64,000 bases of DNA from Eledone cirrhosa (lineage: Eukaryota), in NCBI GenBank assembly GCA_964016885.1, contig OZ024742.1, positions 149,730,001 to 149,794,000 of the forward strand, given 5' to 3'. The notes below the pieces were generated by a model. The model worked only from the letters and a program-made list of their open reading frames with translations, made no database searches and had not been told where the DNA came from. Numbering within the stretch: the first letter of the stretch is position 1; each line of letters begins with the position of its first letter. Below are positions 52,772-64,000 of the stretch, piece by piece. The position numbers and the translations under genes were made by a program.

Positions 52772-55598
52772 AAATATGTGTGTGTATATCTGATTGTGTT
52801 AATTGACTGGTCAAGAGTTCAAAAGGGGATGAGGAATTGTAAGCAAGAAACAAATTCTATGGCAGTAGTAGGGTTGTAAAAGAAATTCTATCATTGGAAT
52901 ATGGTTTTAGGGAGTGTGTGTATATAGTGTGAGGGTGTATATATAAGAATACACACGTGGGGGGGGGGGGGGTCAGCCTGTCTATCACAGGTCCCTTTGT
53001 ATGGGAAATAAAAAAAATTTAAATAAAAAAAAAACCAGAGCAGAGTATTAGTAGGGGCTCTCAAACAGGAACCCCTGGAATGAGTAATTTTTTTCTCTCT
53101 TATTTTGTGGTGTGTGTTTATGTGGGGTGATCTAATGGGGGGGATTACATAATTAATTTTGGTTTAAATTTGTTAATAAATAGTTTTTCTTTATTCATTT
53201 TTTGTTGTTGAGTGAAAGAATCAGAGCAGTTGTAAAGCGGGAAGATTTTAAAGAGATACCCACATGATTGCTTTATTTGGAAAATAATCAAGAAATTAGA
53301 AGGATTTTGTAGAATAACTAACCTTTTCTTTATTAATCTAGTGTTTGGAGCAAAACCTAATAAACTTATGATGGAAGGATTTTAAATAAATATACACACT
53401 TTAAAATAAATAGTTTTGCATCATGGAAATACAGGTAGTTTGAGGCAGTTTGGTATTAAAAGGGCTAATATTTTAATGTTTAAGTTTAATGTCTCAGCAA
53501 AGTTAACTTTGATCTCTCTTCCCCCCATACACCTTTTTCCTCAGGACTGATAAATTCTACCAGATAATAATTTTGACTGCATCTTTTCTTTGTAAATTTG
53601 TGGGCATCTGCCTATATTATTATTATGGAAATTGTGCAACTGTTAGATAGCTGAATTGAACCAAATGAACTATTTAGCTTGGTAGTGCACAGTTTCAATA
53701 GTAGCAAGTTTGATGCTATTGTATCTTCTTTTGACATATGCACAAAGCCAATTAGTCTTATTACATTACATTAAAAACATTTTGTGATCAGAAACTGGAC
53801 AAACGTGATTTCTATTTTTATTAGGATATTCAAAGCAAGTCTAAGAATATTTACATACACAATAGAGATTAGTTCAAATGATGCATTGTATAATGAAGCC
53901 AATCACCTTTTGTCAAATACCTCATTCAGTAAATAACAGAATCTTTATAAGTTTTATATACTGAATTGGAGTGTATGTGACTTGGTTACACTTGACCACA
54001 CTTAGTTAAAAAAAAAAAATGAAAGTGTGTTTCAAGCTTTGAGGCTTATCAGGCTGGTGCCTATTCCAGTTTCATCAGTGTTAAGTGATAGTAGAAGATT
54101 CATCTCTGGACAGGATGCTAGTCCATTGCAGTTAACTCCTAGCTACTGCTGATACTCATTTTCAGTTGAGTATGATGGAACAGCCTGATATGAAGTGTTT
54201 TGCTCAAGAACACAATCTGCTACCTGGTCCAGACATTATAATAAGTCCAACACTAACCACTTGGCTACCTAAGAAAATTCTAATCAAAATAAAAATTGCA
54301 ATTGTCCAGTTGTTGATTAAGGGTTCTATTTAATTTGGGTTCTAATGTGATATGTCTTCACAACAAACTAAGTAAATTTACCTAAACAAAATGAAGGATT
54401 CCCCAAACTACTACAGTTCAAAAACTACTAGAAATGAATGTATCTTTAATCTAATTCTCAGGGGAATTCAGCAAGACACAGAGTTTGATAAAGCTGGCAA
54501 CTTTGAATTGTAAATACAATCCCTCTGACAGACTTTCAAGCAGTTTCCATTTACTTCTCTTACAAAGCTTAAGTTGACTAAAGGCTCAAGATACCCCATA
54601 GAGGTGACCCTTCCTCCTCCCCAGAACCTCATGATTGCAAAATGAACTTTTTAACCATGCAACAACTAAAAGAGTTAATTTTACATGATTTCCCTTACAT
54701 CCTTAGATCTATCAACTCCTGAACAACCTTCACACCACCTGAACTGCTAGCCATCATTTTAAAAGACAGCATGGATAAAATCTGGCAAATGCTCAGCGTT
54801 GGTAATCAAGACAAATTCCTAAAGATATATTTTTTTCTTAAATGAACAATTCTTATGTATCTTTATCTCCCATCCCATCCCACCATATTCCATTTATCCA
54901 TCTTCTTTTCAATTCTCTATATTTTACACTCTTACTACTAGTATTCTTATTTTATGATCTGTTTGAATTTTTTTATTTTTCAGTATAAATTTACTTCTTG
55001 CTTTCATTTATCCTAAATATCCTCTTTTTATTTATTCTTTTTATTCTTTCTTCATAACATCATTTAACATTTTTTTTTCTTTTTTTTTCTCCCACATCTC
55101 TCAACCAGTCTCACCCTTTCATTCTTTCATGAAGTTCTTCTACCTCTTTTCCTTTTTGCTCTTTTTGCTTACTTTCTACTTTCATCCATTCCATCCTGTC
55201 CTCTCTATAGAGTGAAATAACCACGTGAGTACAGCACTAGACTACCAGTTTTTAAGTACCAGACTACTGTTTTTAAGTTCCAATTCCTCTCTGGCATTCT
55301 GTGAGTCTCTGGTCAGAGCAATATATTTATAGACTTTAGTTGAACTTTCACTAAAGTGATATACAACCCAATTTAATGTAACAAAAGCTGCTTATAATCA
55401 GCAGCAGCATTTTTACTGCTGCATTTTCATACTGGCATGGATTGGGCAAAACTTTTGGAAGCAGTCTTTGTTCAACTAGATACCCTTCCTGATACCAACC
55501 TATACATCATCTTTAAGTATGGTATATACTGCTGACTTTTGTCGCTATGAAGATGCAGACAGACACACATACATATAATACATATATGTATACATTAT

Positions 55599-55640
<42 letters not shown>

Positions 55641-55644
<4 letters not shown>

Positions 55645-57903
55645 TCATCATCATCATCATCGTTTAACGTCCATCTTCCACGCTTGCATGGGTTTGGACG
55701 GGAGTTTTCTCACTTGAGGCAAGAGTGGTTGTCTTGCTCGCATAGGACTGTCTGGCAGGTTTTCTACGGCTAGATGCCCTTCCTAACACCAACCACGTTT
55801 ACAGTGTGGACTGGGAGGTTTTTACCGTGTTACCTACACGGCCACATTACAGCGTGGACTGTGTTTTTTTTTGTTGTGACACCTACACAACCTCATTTGT
55901 TTCGAACTGGATGTTGTGGTACCAACATAACTTTTCATTGAAAGGGGTGGTGTGGCTGGGGTGGGGGTAGTGGGACGGGGGTGTATTTTTGTTAGAGGTG
56001 CCTACTGACTGTAGTAGGTTTCACTTTGTACTTAGGTAAGGCGGGTCTTCTGTATTACTGTGTAGCGCCAAAGATCTCGGTCCAGTGACATTGTCTTGGA
56101 GAGGTGTAAGTGTGAGAGGTCGGAATTTATCAAGTCGTCCCAGGTTTTTCTGGGTCTGCCTACTCCGTGGCTACCGTCTATTTTTATTGCCCTGCACTTT
56201 TTTATACAGCTGTCGTCTTTCATGCGCATCATGTGACCATACCAACGTAGTCTTCTCTCGAGTAAACAACATCTGATCCCTCTTATTTCTAATTTTTCCC
56301 TTAGTTCGTTTATGCTTTGCCGTTCACGTATATTACTATTACACATCCAGCGGAGCATGCAAGCTTCGTTCCTCTCCAGTCTGCGTATATCCTCTGCACA
56401 CAATGCCCAGGTCTCACTGCCATGTAACATTGCTGTTCGTATGCAGGCATCATACAGCCTGCCTTTCATTTTTAGAGAGAACCCTTTAGCGGCTAATAGT
56501 GGTATAAGCTCTCTGAATTTTTTCCATCCAGTTCTGACTCTAGCTACTGTACTTTCAGAGCACCCTCCACCACTGCTGATTTTGTCACCCAAGTAACGGA
56601 AGGTGTCCACTATTTCTATAGAATCATCTGTGCAATGGAATGAGCTAGTAATTTTGGGGCACTTGCTGCTACTTATTGCACCAGAGCACCGGCCACATAT
56701 AAAATATATATTCTTAGTTAGCTTACCTGTGATCCCACTACATCTTTTATGCACCCATACTTTGCATTTGGGACATAAAATGGAGTTTCTACCTACTCCT
56801 TTCCTACACACTGAGCATGGCCTTTTCTCGGATGGGACCGGTACCCTATTTTCCTTCCTACAAACTAGAACTTTAGTCTTAGACAGGTTAATTTTAAGGC
56901 CTTTTGATTCTAGGCCATGCTTCCATGTTTGGAATTTCTTCTCTAGTTCAGCCATTGATTCAGCTATGAGCGTTAGATCATCTGCGTATAGGAGTTCCCA
57001 TGGGCAGCCGGTCTTGAACTCCACTGTTATAGCCTGAAGGGCAATAATAAATAGTAGGGGGCTAAGAACAGAGCCCTGATGAACACCAACTTTTACGCTA
57101 AACTCTTCTCTATATTCGTTGTTAATTCTAACCTTGCTGACTGTTTCTTTATACATGGCTTGTATAGCTCTCACAAGCCATTCATCAACACCTAGTTTTC
57201 TAAGAGCCCACCAGATAATGGAACGGGGGACTCTGTCAAAGGCTTTCTCCAAGTCGACAAAAGCTAAGTATAGGGGTTTACTTTTAGCTAGGTGCTCCTC
57301 CTGTAGTTGTCGTACAATGAAAAGAGCGTCTGTGGTACTTTTACCTGACACAAACCCGAACTGCATTTCATCTAGATCAATTCGTTCTCTGATTAGTTGC
57401 GCTATTACTTTCTCTGTGACCTTCATGACCTGGTCGATTAATTTAATGCCTCTATAGTTACCCCTATCTAGGGCATCTCCTTTACCCTTGTAGCAGTTAA
57501 TGATGATGCTGCTACGCCAGTCCTTCGGAACAATCCCATTCTGTATGACTTGGTTTACTATCCAGGTGACCATGGTGTGTCCCACCGTTCCAGAAGCTTT
57601 CAGCATTTCAGCAACTATTTCCGAAGGCCCAGCTGCCTTACCCATCTTCATATCTCTGATTGCCTTACTTATTATACTACCTTCGACTAACACTGCTGGT
57701 CCCTCTATTGGATCGATGTGGGGGAGACTGTCTTTCTCCCATTTATTCTCCTCATTTAGTAGCCTTTCGTAGTGACACTTCCAAGCTACCTTCTTATCAG
57801 CGTCAGTGATGGCAAGTACACCATCATCATTAAGGACACACTTCTCCCCGACAATATCACGGTTTTCCTTGACACATTGCCTAGCAATCGTGAACACCTC
57901 ACG

Positions 57904-57905
<2 letters not shown>
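55641..57905 (-). mobile_element. 5'-truncated young RTE LINE inserted in a (TA)n tract
   Basis: Uninterrupted 621-codon frame, 3' UTR, (GAT)n tail, and (TA)n on both sides. Confidence 0.97.
56032..57897 (-). CDS. RTE reverse transcriptase frame (no endonuclease, no authentic start codon)
   Basis: NYRGIKL, QFGF, FVDLEKAFD, HQGSVLSPLLF, LLYADD, a C4HC3 finger, FRYLG and RLRWYGH. Confidence 0.85.
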   Translation of the reverse strand: MFTIARQCVKENRDIVGEKCVLNDDGVLAITDADKKVAWKCHYERLLNEENKWEKDSLPHIDPIEGPAVLVEGSIISKAIRDMKMGKAAGPSEIVAEMLKASGTVGHTMVTWIVNQVIQNGIVPKDWRSSIIINCYKGKGDALDRGNYRGIKLIDQVMKVTEKVIAQLIRERIDLDEMQFGFVSGKSTTDALFIVRQLQEEHLAKSKPLYLAFVDLEKAFDRVPRSIIWWALRKLGVDEWLVRAIQAMYKETVSKVRINNEYREEFSVKVGVHQGSVLSPLLFIIALQAITVEFKTGCPWELLYADDLTLIAESMAELEKKFQTWKHGLESKGLKINLSKTKVLVCRKENRVPVPSEKRPCSVCRKGVGRNSILCPKCKVWVHKRCSGITGKLTKNIYFICGRCSGAISSSKCPKITSSFHCTDDSIEIVDTFRYLGDKISSGGGCSESTVARVRTGWKKFRELIPLLAAKGFSLKMKGRLYDACIRTAMLHGSETWALCAEDIRRLERNEACMLRWMCNSNIRERQSINELREKLEIRGIRCCLLERRLRWYGHMMRMKDDSCIKKCRAIKIDGSHGVGRPRKTWDDLINSDLSHLHLSKTMSLDRDLWRYTVIQKTRLT

Positions 57906-57962
<57 letters not shown>

Positions 57963-58562
57963 CATATGAAATGTTTAACATATTGGTTTGCCTGAGGCTA
58001 TAAGTAGAACATTGATCCCCAAACCATGTGGTTGTGAAATGAACTTAGCCACACAGCCACGAGTGCATCTATGAATATAACAGAAACTTGTCCAAAAGAC
58101 CTATGAGTTATGTAGGTGAATTAACTTTTGCAAACATTTGTATCCTACTATGGTACTTGAAAGGAAACTCAGTTGGTGTGAACCTCATGCTAGTCTGTTC
58201 AAATTTTAGTTGTCTTAACTTGAAGGAGGAGAAATATGCTATTTGATTTTGGATAATGTTTTCTTTATTGGCAAAAGTAGTGGATTGGCTGTATCAGTAG
58301 AGTGTCGATAACATGCTTAGTGGCATATAGTTACATCTGTTTATGTTCTGAGTTCAAATCCCACCAAGGTTAACTTTGCCTTTCATCCTCAAGCGGTTGA
58401 TAAAATAAAGTACCAGTAACATATTGGGGTTGATTTAAACGTCTTTCCTCTCCCCACAAAAATTATTTTATTCTATTTTATTGCTTTATTTGCTGTCTAA
58501 AGAGTGTCCACTGAAGTAGTTTTCTGATTCTTGCTGTTGGTACTTATTTTATCAACTGTTAA

Positions 58563-58780
58563 CCCTTTAGCATTTGCATTACTCTATATTTACTATTGTA
58601 TTTTCATGGTAAAGGCTTTATCTCACATAATTATCTCACATAATATCGATTCTATGAGATTTTGATATTTCCTTTGAGAAAAATACCTTATTGTAAGTAT
58701 AAGTGATCAGGTATGGCCGGTTTGAACAGAAAGAGGTGAGAGAATTCTGGCCGTATATGGCTAATTTAAATGCTAAATGG
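58563..58780. mobile_element. Second TTAA-flanked piggyBac-type MITE
   Basis: TTAA|CCCTTTAGCATTT ... AAATGCTAAATGG|TTAA. Confidence 0.7.
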
Positions 58781-58954
58781 TTAAGTGAAAAATGCATTGA
58801 AAAGCAAACATAAATTAATGAGAATGACATATGTCGTTGGCCAGCCATACAAAAAGAAGGACCAGAAAGGTCAGTTGACATGAGCCTACAATTTTGAGGG
58901 GATCTATTTGCCTCAATTTCATGTTATTTTATTCTGTTCTCTTACTTCTGAGCA

Positions 58955-59215
58955 CATCATGTACACTACATGTATGCATATATACCTGTATGTGTAAATA
59001 CATATACACCACATGTATGTGTAAATACTTGGATGTGCATATACATATACACTACATGTATGTGTATATACCCATATGTGTATATATACATGTACACCAC
59101 ATGTATGTGTCTATACTTAGATGCTGTATATACCCATATGTGCATATACATGTACACTACATGCATGAGTATATAGCCATATGTGTATATACATGTCTAC
59201 TAAATCTATGTGTAT
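58955..59215. repeat. Degenerate (CATGTATGTGTATATA)-type low-complexity tandem repeat
   Basis: Recurring cacatgtatgtgtatatac units. Confidence 0.8.
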
Positions 59216-59239
59216 CTAAATTCTAAAGTCTGTCTTAAG

Positions 59240-59490
59240 CCAGAAGGTTCATTTGGCCAGTGCTTATCCAAGTTTCATGGCATAAAGCGACTGAGAGTAC
59301 AAGACTCATCCCTGGACAGGATGCCAGTCCATCGCAGGGTTAAACCCCTAGCTATTGCTGGCACTCATTTTCAGCTGAGTATACTGGAGCAACATGTAAT
59401 GAAATGTTTTGCTCAAGAATACAACACAACCCAGGAATTGAACCCATGACATTATGATTGTAAGGTCCAACACCCCCCTTACCACTAGAT
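59240..59490 (-). mobile_element. tRNA-derived SINE of a third type (paralog at about 54040-54270)
   Basis: The two loci share ctggacaggatgc(c/t)agtccat..ctcattttcag..tgttttgctcaagaa. Box B-like ggttcaattcc on the minus strand. Confidence 0.65.
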
Positions 59491-59494
59491 TAAC

Positions 59495-59525
<31 letters not shown>

Positions 59526-59532
59526 ATATATA

Positions 59533-59834
59533 TATAAAGAAAAAAAGATGAAATCGAAAATGCAACTGGAGTCTTATTTAAAAAAAATATATATATCTAT
59601 TTGGTTCCTTTACTGGTTTCACAGTTCTTCTGCTTTTCAAAAGTAGACCCTCCATCCCAACTCTACTTTTGAAAAGCAGAAGAACTGCGAAACCGGTAAA
59701 GGAACCAAATAAATATATATATTTTTAAAAAAATAAGACTCCAGTTGCATTTTCGATTTCATCTTTTTTTCTTTATACTTTCACTCTTGTAGGACACCTC
59801 AGTTATTTTTCATTTTGTAAAAAGAAAACCTCAC

Positions 59835-59840
<6 letters not shown>
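59533..59840 (+). mobile_element. Palindromic Penelope-like terminal fragment with a degenerate hammerhead motif
   Basis: About 115-bp inverted arms (59533-59647 and 59662-59777), a 14-nt loop, a unique extension to about 59840, and (TA)n flanks. Confidence 0.55.
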
Positions 59841-59866
<26 letters not shown>

Positions 59867-59952
59867 GTACGTTATTCCAGGTTGAATCGGAGGTAACCAC
59901 AGTAAGTAAGGTACTCAATACATAGCAGAGTATAAAAGTTTTAATATAGATG

Positions 59953-60003
59953 AGATTCTACAGGACTAGAACTGTTTCATTCTTTAGAAATCATCAGGAA
60001 TCT
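59953..60003 (-). ncRNA. Mirror-image hammerhead motif, sense to the tetraspanin pre-mRNA
   Basis: Exact reverse complement of 60015-60065, with a 6-bp stem I. Confidence 0.6.
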
Positions 60004-60013
60004 GAGTATACTG

Positions 60014-60066
60014 GAGATTCCTGATGATTTCTAAAGAATGAAACAGTTCTAGTCCTGTAGAATCTC
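60014..60066 (+). ncRNA. Type I hammerhead ribozyme motif
   Basis: Stem I gagattc/gaatctc; core CTGATGA at 60021-60027; stem II ttc-taaa-gaa; GAAA at 60040-60043; stem III cag/ctg; cleavage triplet GUA (cut after 60059). The base of stem II is U-U instead of the usual G-C. Confidence 0.65.
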
Positions 60067-60067
60067 A

Positions 60068-60105
<38 letters not shown>

Positions 60106-60614
60106 ATAAGGCATACATAAATCATATGCATTTAGCAATGTGTAAAAAAAGTAAGAAATCTGAAATGAGGCCTACATTTTACATCTGGCCTTGACTTATC
60201 AGCTTTGGGAACCTACATTTTACAACTGACCTAAGCCTATTACAACTTTGTACAGGTCTAATCATTTGTGAAGTTTAATTTCCCCTCCAAGGGATGGGAG
60301 TCTCAAATCTGAAGTGTTGACAGCAATTACCTACTGGCATGTGCACAGTTGTATAATGCAGACATAGATAGAGTTTTCAACAGAAATTTGTAGGATGTTG
60401 ATAGATAGATATAGTGTGAGATACCTTAACTTCCCTATCTCTATCCTACACTGAATGAATCTCTATTGGTCTCCACCATGAGTGTTCCAATTGTTCAATC
60501 ATCAGATTAGCATGTAAGTGGCTGAGTATTCCACAGACACATATGTACCCTTACTGTCTTTTTAAGGAACAGCCAGTGTAATAGAATTATCAGGTACAAT
60601 TTTTCTAATGGGCT

Positions 60615-60890
60615 TTCTCGAATTGAGAGATCACAGTAACTCCAATAGTATGGGCATATGTTTAAAATGTCTCAGGAAAGAATCACAGGACAGATTTTAC
60701 AGGCAAAACCAGCTGGCAGGGGACCCAGGAGTAGACCCCGAGTAAGATGGTTGGATAACATCTCTGAGTTTGGGATCCAGCCAGATCAATTGGAGATGGT
60801 TGCTTCTGGTAGTATCTACTGGAAGGAGTGTTTAAGGACTCTTACACCATGTCAAGAAGAAGAAGAAAAAGAAAGAAAAAGAAAAAGAAG
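60615..60890 (+). mobile_element. 3' end of the Rex3-like RTE family
   Basis: MSQERITGQILQAKPAGRGPRSRPRVRWLD, matching 19915-20160, with a (GAA)n tail. Confidence 0.85.
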
Positions 60891-62376
60891 GGCTTTCAGT
60901 AAGTTTTCATCCATCCAATTTCACTCACAAACCAAAGCTATGGTATAAGACAAAATGCAATTCAATGGAATAAAACCAGTGAAGAGATTTCGAAATTATT
61001 TAGTTATATATGCACCCTATTCTACAGTAAACACACACACACTCATACAGTTTCAAACAGTTATCTTATAGAAACTACAAAATATGGGCACATAAATGTA
61101 TAAAAATAACACACACACAAATATATATATGTATGTGTATATATATATATATCTATATATAATATATATCTATATATATATCCACTTTAGATGTGGTTGG
61201 AGTTAGGAAGGGTATCCAGCTGCAGAAATCAAGCCAGAAACAGTTCTGTAGGAGCAAGACATGGTCACCTGACTTGACTTGCCTTAAATGAGACAAACCG
61301 TCTAACCCATGCTAGCATAGAAAATGGATGTTAAACGATGTTGGTGATACATATATACACATACATATATAATATATGCATATGTATCATTATCTTCACA
61401 ATCATTTTATGTTCGCAGTCTGAGATTAGATTGGTTGTAAAATCACACCCCACATACTTTCTGGTTTTGGCATGGTTTCTACCACTTGATGAACTTCCAA
61501 ATACCTCTTCACACAGTGTACTAAGTGCATTTTATCATGGCACCAGCATATAATGGAAATACTGTGCTATCTTTGTTTAAATAACTTTAATTTCTTTCTC
61601 CTTTACATGCACTTTACTGAATATTAGTGGACATGTTCAATGGACTAAAAACATTTTGATGGTAAAATGACAGCTCAGTTACTGTTATCTAACTATTTCA
61701 GTAGAAGGTGTATCAAAGTATCAGCTAGCTTAAGATGGAGGTTTGATTCATTTACACTACAGAAATTATACTGTACGCTACAACAAATTTCTATTCTAAA
61801 CTGACTTTTCTATAAGAAACTAAAAATAATCTACTTATTTTAGAAAATTTCTAGACATCTACAAGAAATAATTTAAATTCAAGCTTACAGGTAAAGTAAA
61901 TTAAGGATATATTTATCATTTAAGTAAAATTGTAACAAGTAATTTTAATTTTTAATGCCTATTTTCCATGCTTGCAGGTTATCATATTGAGGTTAGACAG
62001 GTCAGGTGACCACATCTTGCTCATATGCTTAATTTTGGGCTTGGGTTTTCTATCTCTGGATACCCTTCCAAATGCCAATCACCTTACAAGGTGGACTGGG
62101 TGCTTTTTGTTGTGGCACAAGTCTAACCACCTTATATATACACCATGAGTTGCAACTGGTAGATAGTAGGAACAATAGAATAACCAATGGGAACATTGTT
62201 TTCTTAGTCCGCTCTCACAATTGGTTCCATTCCTTTTTCACGTGTGTGTGTGTCATTTTTGGTCTTCCACTTCTACCTCCCTCCATATTTATTTCCATCA
62301 TTCCTCTGAGTCAATTTCATTCTTCCTCAACACATGATTCAACCATCTCATTCCATTTCTCTTCACATTATTTATC

Positions 62377-62790
62377 GGTGGATTGGCAGTATCGGTAGAG
62401 GGTTGGACGCCATGCTTTGCAGCATAGAGTTACGGCTCTTTATGATCTGAGCTCAAATCCCGAGGAGGTTAACTTTACCTTTCATCCTTATGGGGTCGAT
62501 AAAATAAAGTACCAGTCACGCACTGGGGTCGATTTAATCGATTTTCCCCTCCCCCCAAATTACAGGCCTTGTGCCTATATAAGAAACCATTATTTATCAC
62601 TCGGTGGATTGGCAGTATCGGTAGAGGGTCGGACGCCATGCTTTCCAGCATAGTTACGTCCCTTTACGATCTGAGTTCAAATCCCGCCGAGGTTGACTTT
62701 GCCTTTCATCCTTACGGGGTCGATAAAATAAAGTACCAGTAATGTACTGGTTAATTGCTGGCCTTGTGCCTAAAGTAGAAACAATTATTT
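62377..62790 (+). mobile_element. Tandem family A SINEs (long variant then short variant)
   Basis: Two full copies, with attatttatc repeated before, between and after them. Confidence 0.9.
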
Positions 62791-63749
62791 ATCACTGGCT
62801 CTATTCCCACCACCATCTGCAATTCATTGTTTGTTTCCCTCCACTCTCTCACTGAATGATACTCCACTCATCCACCAAACCATCACATATCTTACTCCTG
62901 TAAACCATAGCTCTTCTCACACATACATCATAAATATTTCCCTTTAGTTTCAATGGCACTTTTCTTATTAGCACACTACTCAGTTCTTGGAACCTCCATG
63001 CACATTCCATTCTAAAACGTTTTCACTCCTTCCATCTTCACACTATTCCCAACATCCAGCTTAACATTCCCTTCATCATCTGTAGCTCTCCATATATACA
63101 CACCTTACACATTAATGTAGTTGCCACATTATTTCTCACCACTAAATTTTTATGTACCCCAGTGCATATCATACATTAAATTTTTACATGTCATTTTGAA
63201 TTATTAACGAAGTAAAGTAGAATTGACCTACAAGTAATTCTTATATATTATATATATTTTTTAATTTGCAAACAAGATTTTCATTCTGGTTTAATTTCAG
63301 ATACAATCCACAACTTTTTAAAAATTTCATACAGCTTTTTTTGTGACAATCTTGAACACAGGGTATGCCTTCTCAACACCAAAAATGGTAAAAAAGTTTA
63401 CAAAATTGTGTGTAGGAAGAAGATAGATGAAGCTAAGTAGGAAAATGTTAAGTTTGTAATGAAGGGTTTCTTTACCCAGAAGACAAAATATATTAAGCAG
63501 AAATGTAAACCCTCCTGAAACCAAACTATCTGAAATTACTTCTGGTTCTATGAAACAAAGTTGTTTATTTTAAAGTGTTAAGATTTATCTTCAAACCTTC
63601 CACCATAATTTTATTAAAAAATGTTTGAAACACTAGCTTAATAATGAAAGACTTAGTTATATTAGTAAGACGTTCTAAATGCTAGATTATTTTAAAACAT
63701 AGAAACATGGTACCAAAAGAGTTATATCAGATGAGTTAAATGAACTTAC

Positions 63750-63809
63750 CCAGAAAATAAAATTAAAGAGGATGAACAGGCATCGTACAAGTCCAGCTAA
63801 AACACCCAT
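63750..63809 (-). CDS. Tetraspanin coding exon 1: MGVLAGLVRCLFILFNFIFW
   Basis: ATG at 63809-63807, the FNFxFW TM1 motif and a gtaagt donor. An acceptor at 63838-63837 implies a non-coding exon upstream, probably beyond the window. Confidence 0.9.
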
Positions 63810-64000
63810 GATTCAGTTTAATTGCTTGACAGATATCTGCAAAGAGAAATTATATTTCAATGAAACAAATTTATAATAAAATGATTTTTTTCTTGTTGTT
63901 CACAACTACTGCCGTGATTAAATACACTTATCCAACATTGTAAAGTGCTAGTGTTGGTGTCACAAAAAGAGTACCTTGCCCCATTCTGTAAGGTGGTAGT

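Noticed and set aside
63327-63524. Hydrophobic ORF (FTFLLNIFCLLG) resembling an alternative tetraspanin first exon
   Set aside because: It overlaps the edge of a MITE copy and the candidate exon would not preserve frame. The exon at 63750-63809 fits much better.

Overview
Eukaryotic, AT-rich, repeat-dense genomic DNA. The SINE/RTE repeat content and a mollusc-type troponin I suggest a cephalopod, probably Octopus; this is an inference. Two convergent intron-containing genes can be spliced by hand. The first is the 3' part of a troponin I gene on + (six exons, 871-14222). The second is a complete 259-aa, 8-coding-exon tetraspanin on - (63809-37574, all coding introns phase 0). The remainder is transposon-derived: two long RTE-clade LINEs with a C4HC3 (PHD-type) finger in the RT C-terminal region, a Rex3-like RTE with a 5' inversion bounded by a target-site duplication (TSD), CRE, R4 and mariner relics, a putative solo LTR, TTAA/piggyBac and Tigger MITEs, tRNA-derived SINEs, a 2.3-kb 36-bp minisatellite and microsatellites. 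The most unusual signal is at 59.5-60.1 kb: two adjacent long palindromes in a (TA)n tract of tetraspanin intron 1 that carry hammerhead-ribozyme motifs, one near-canonical and encoded on both strands. All calls were made by eye; repeat boundaries are approximate and no database search was run.
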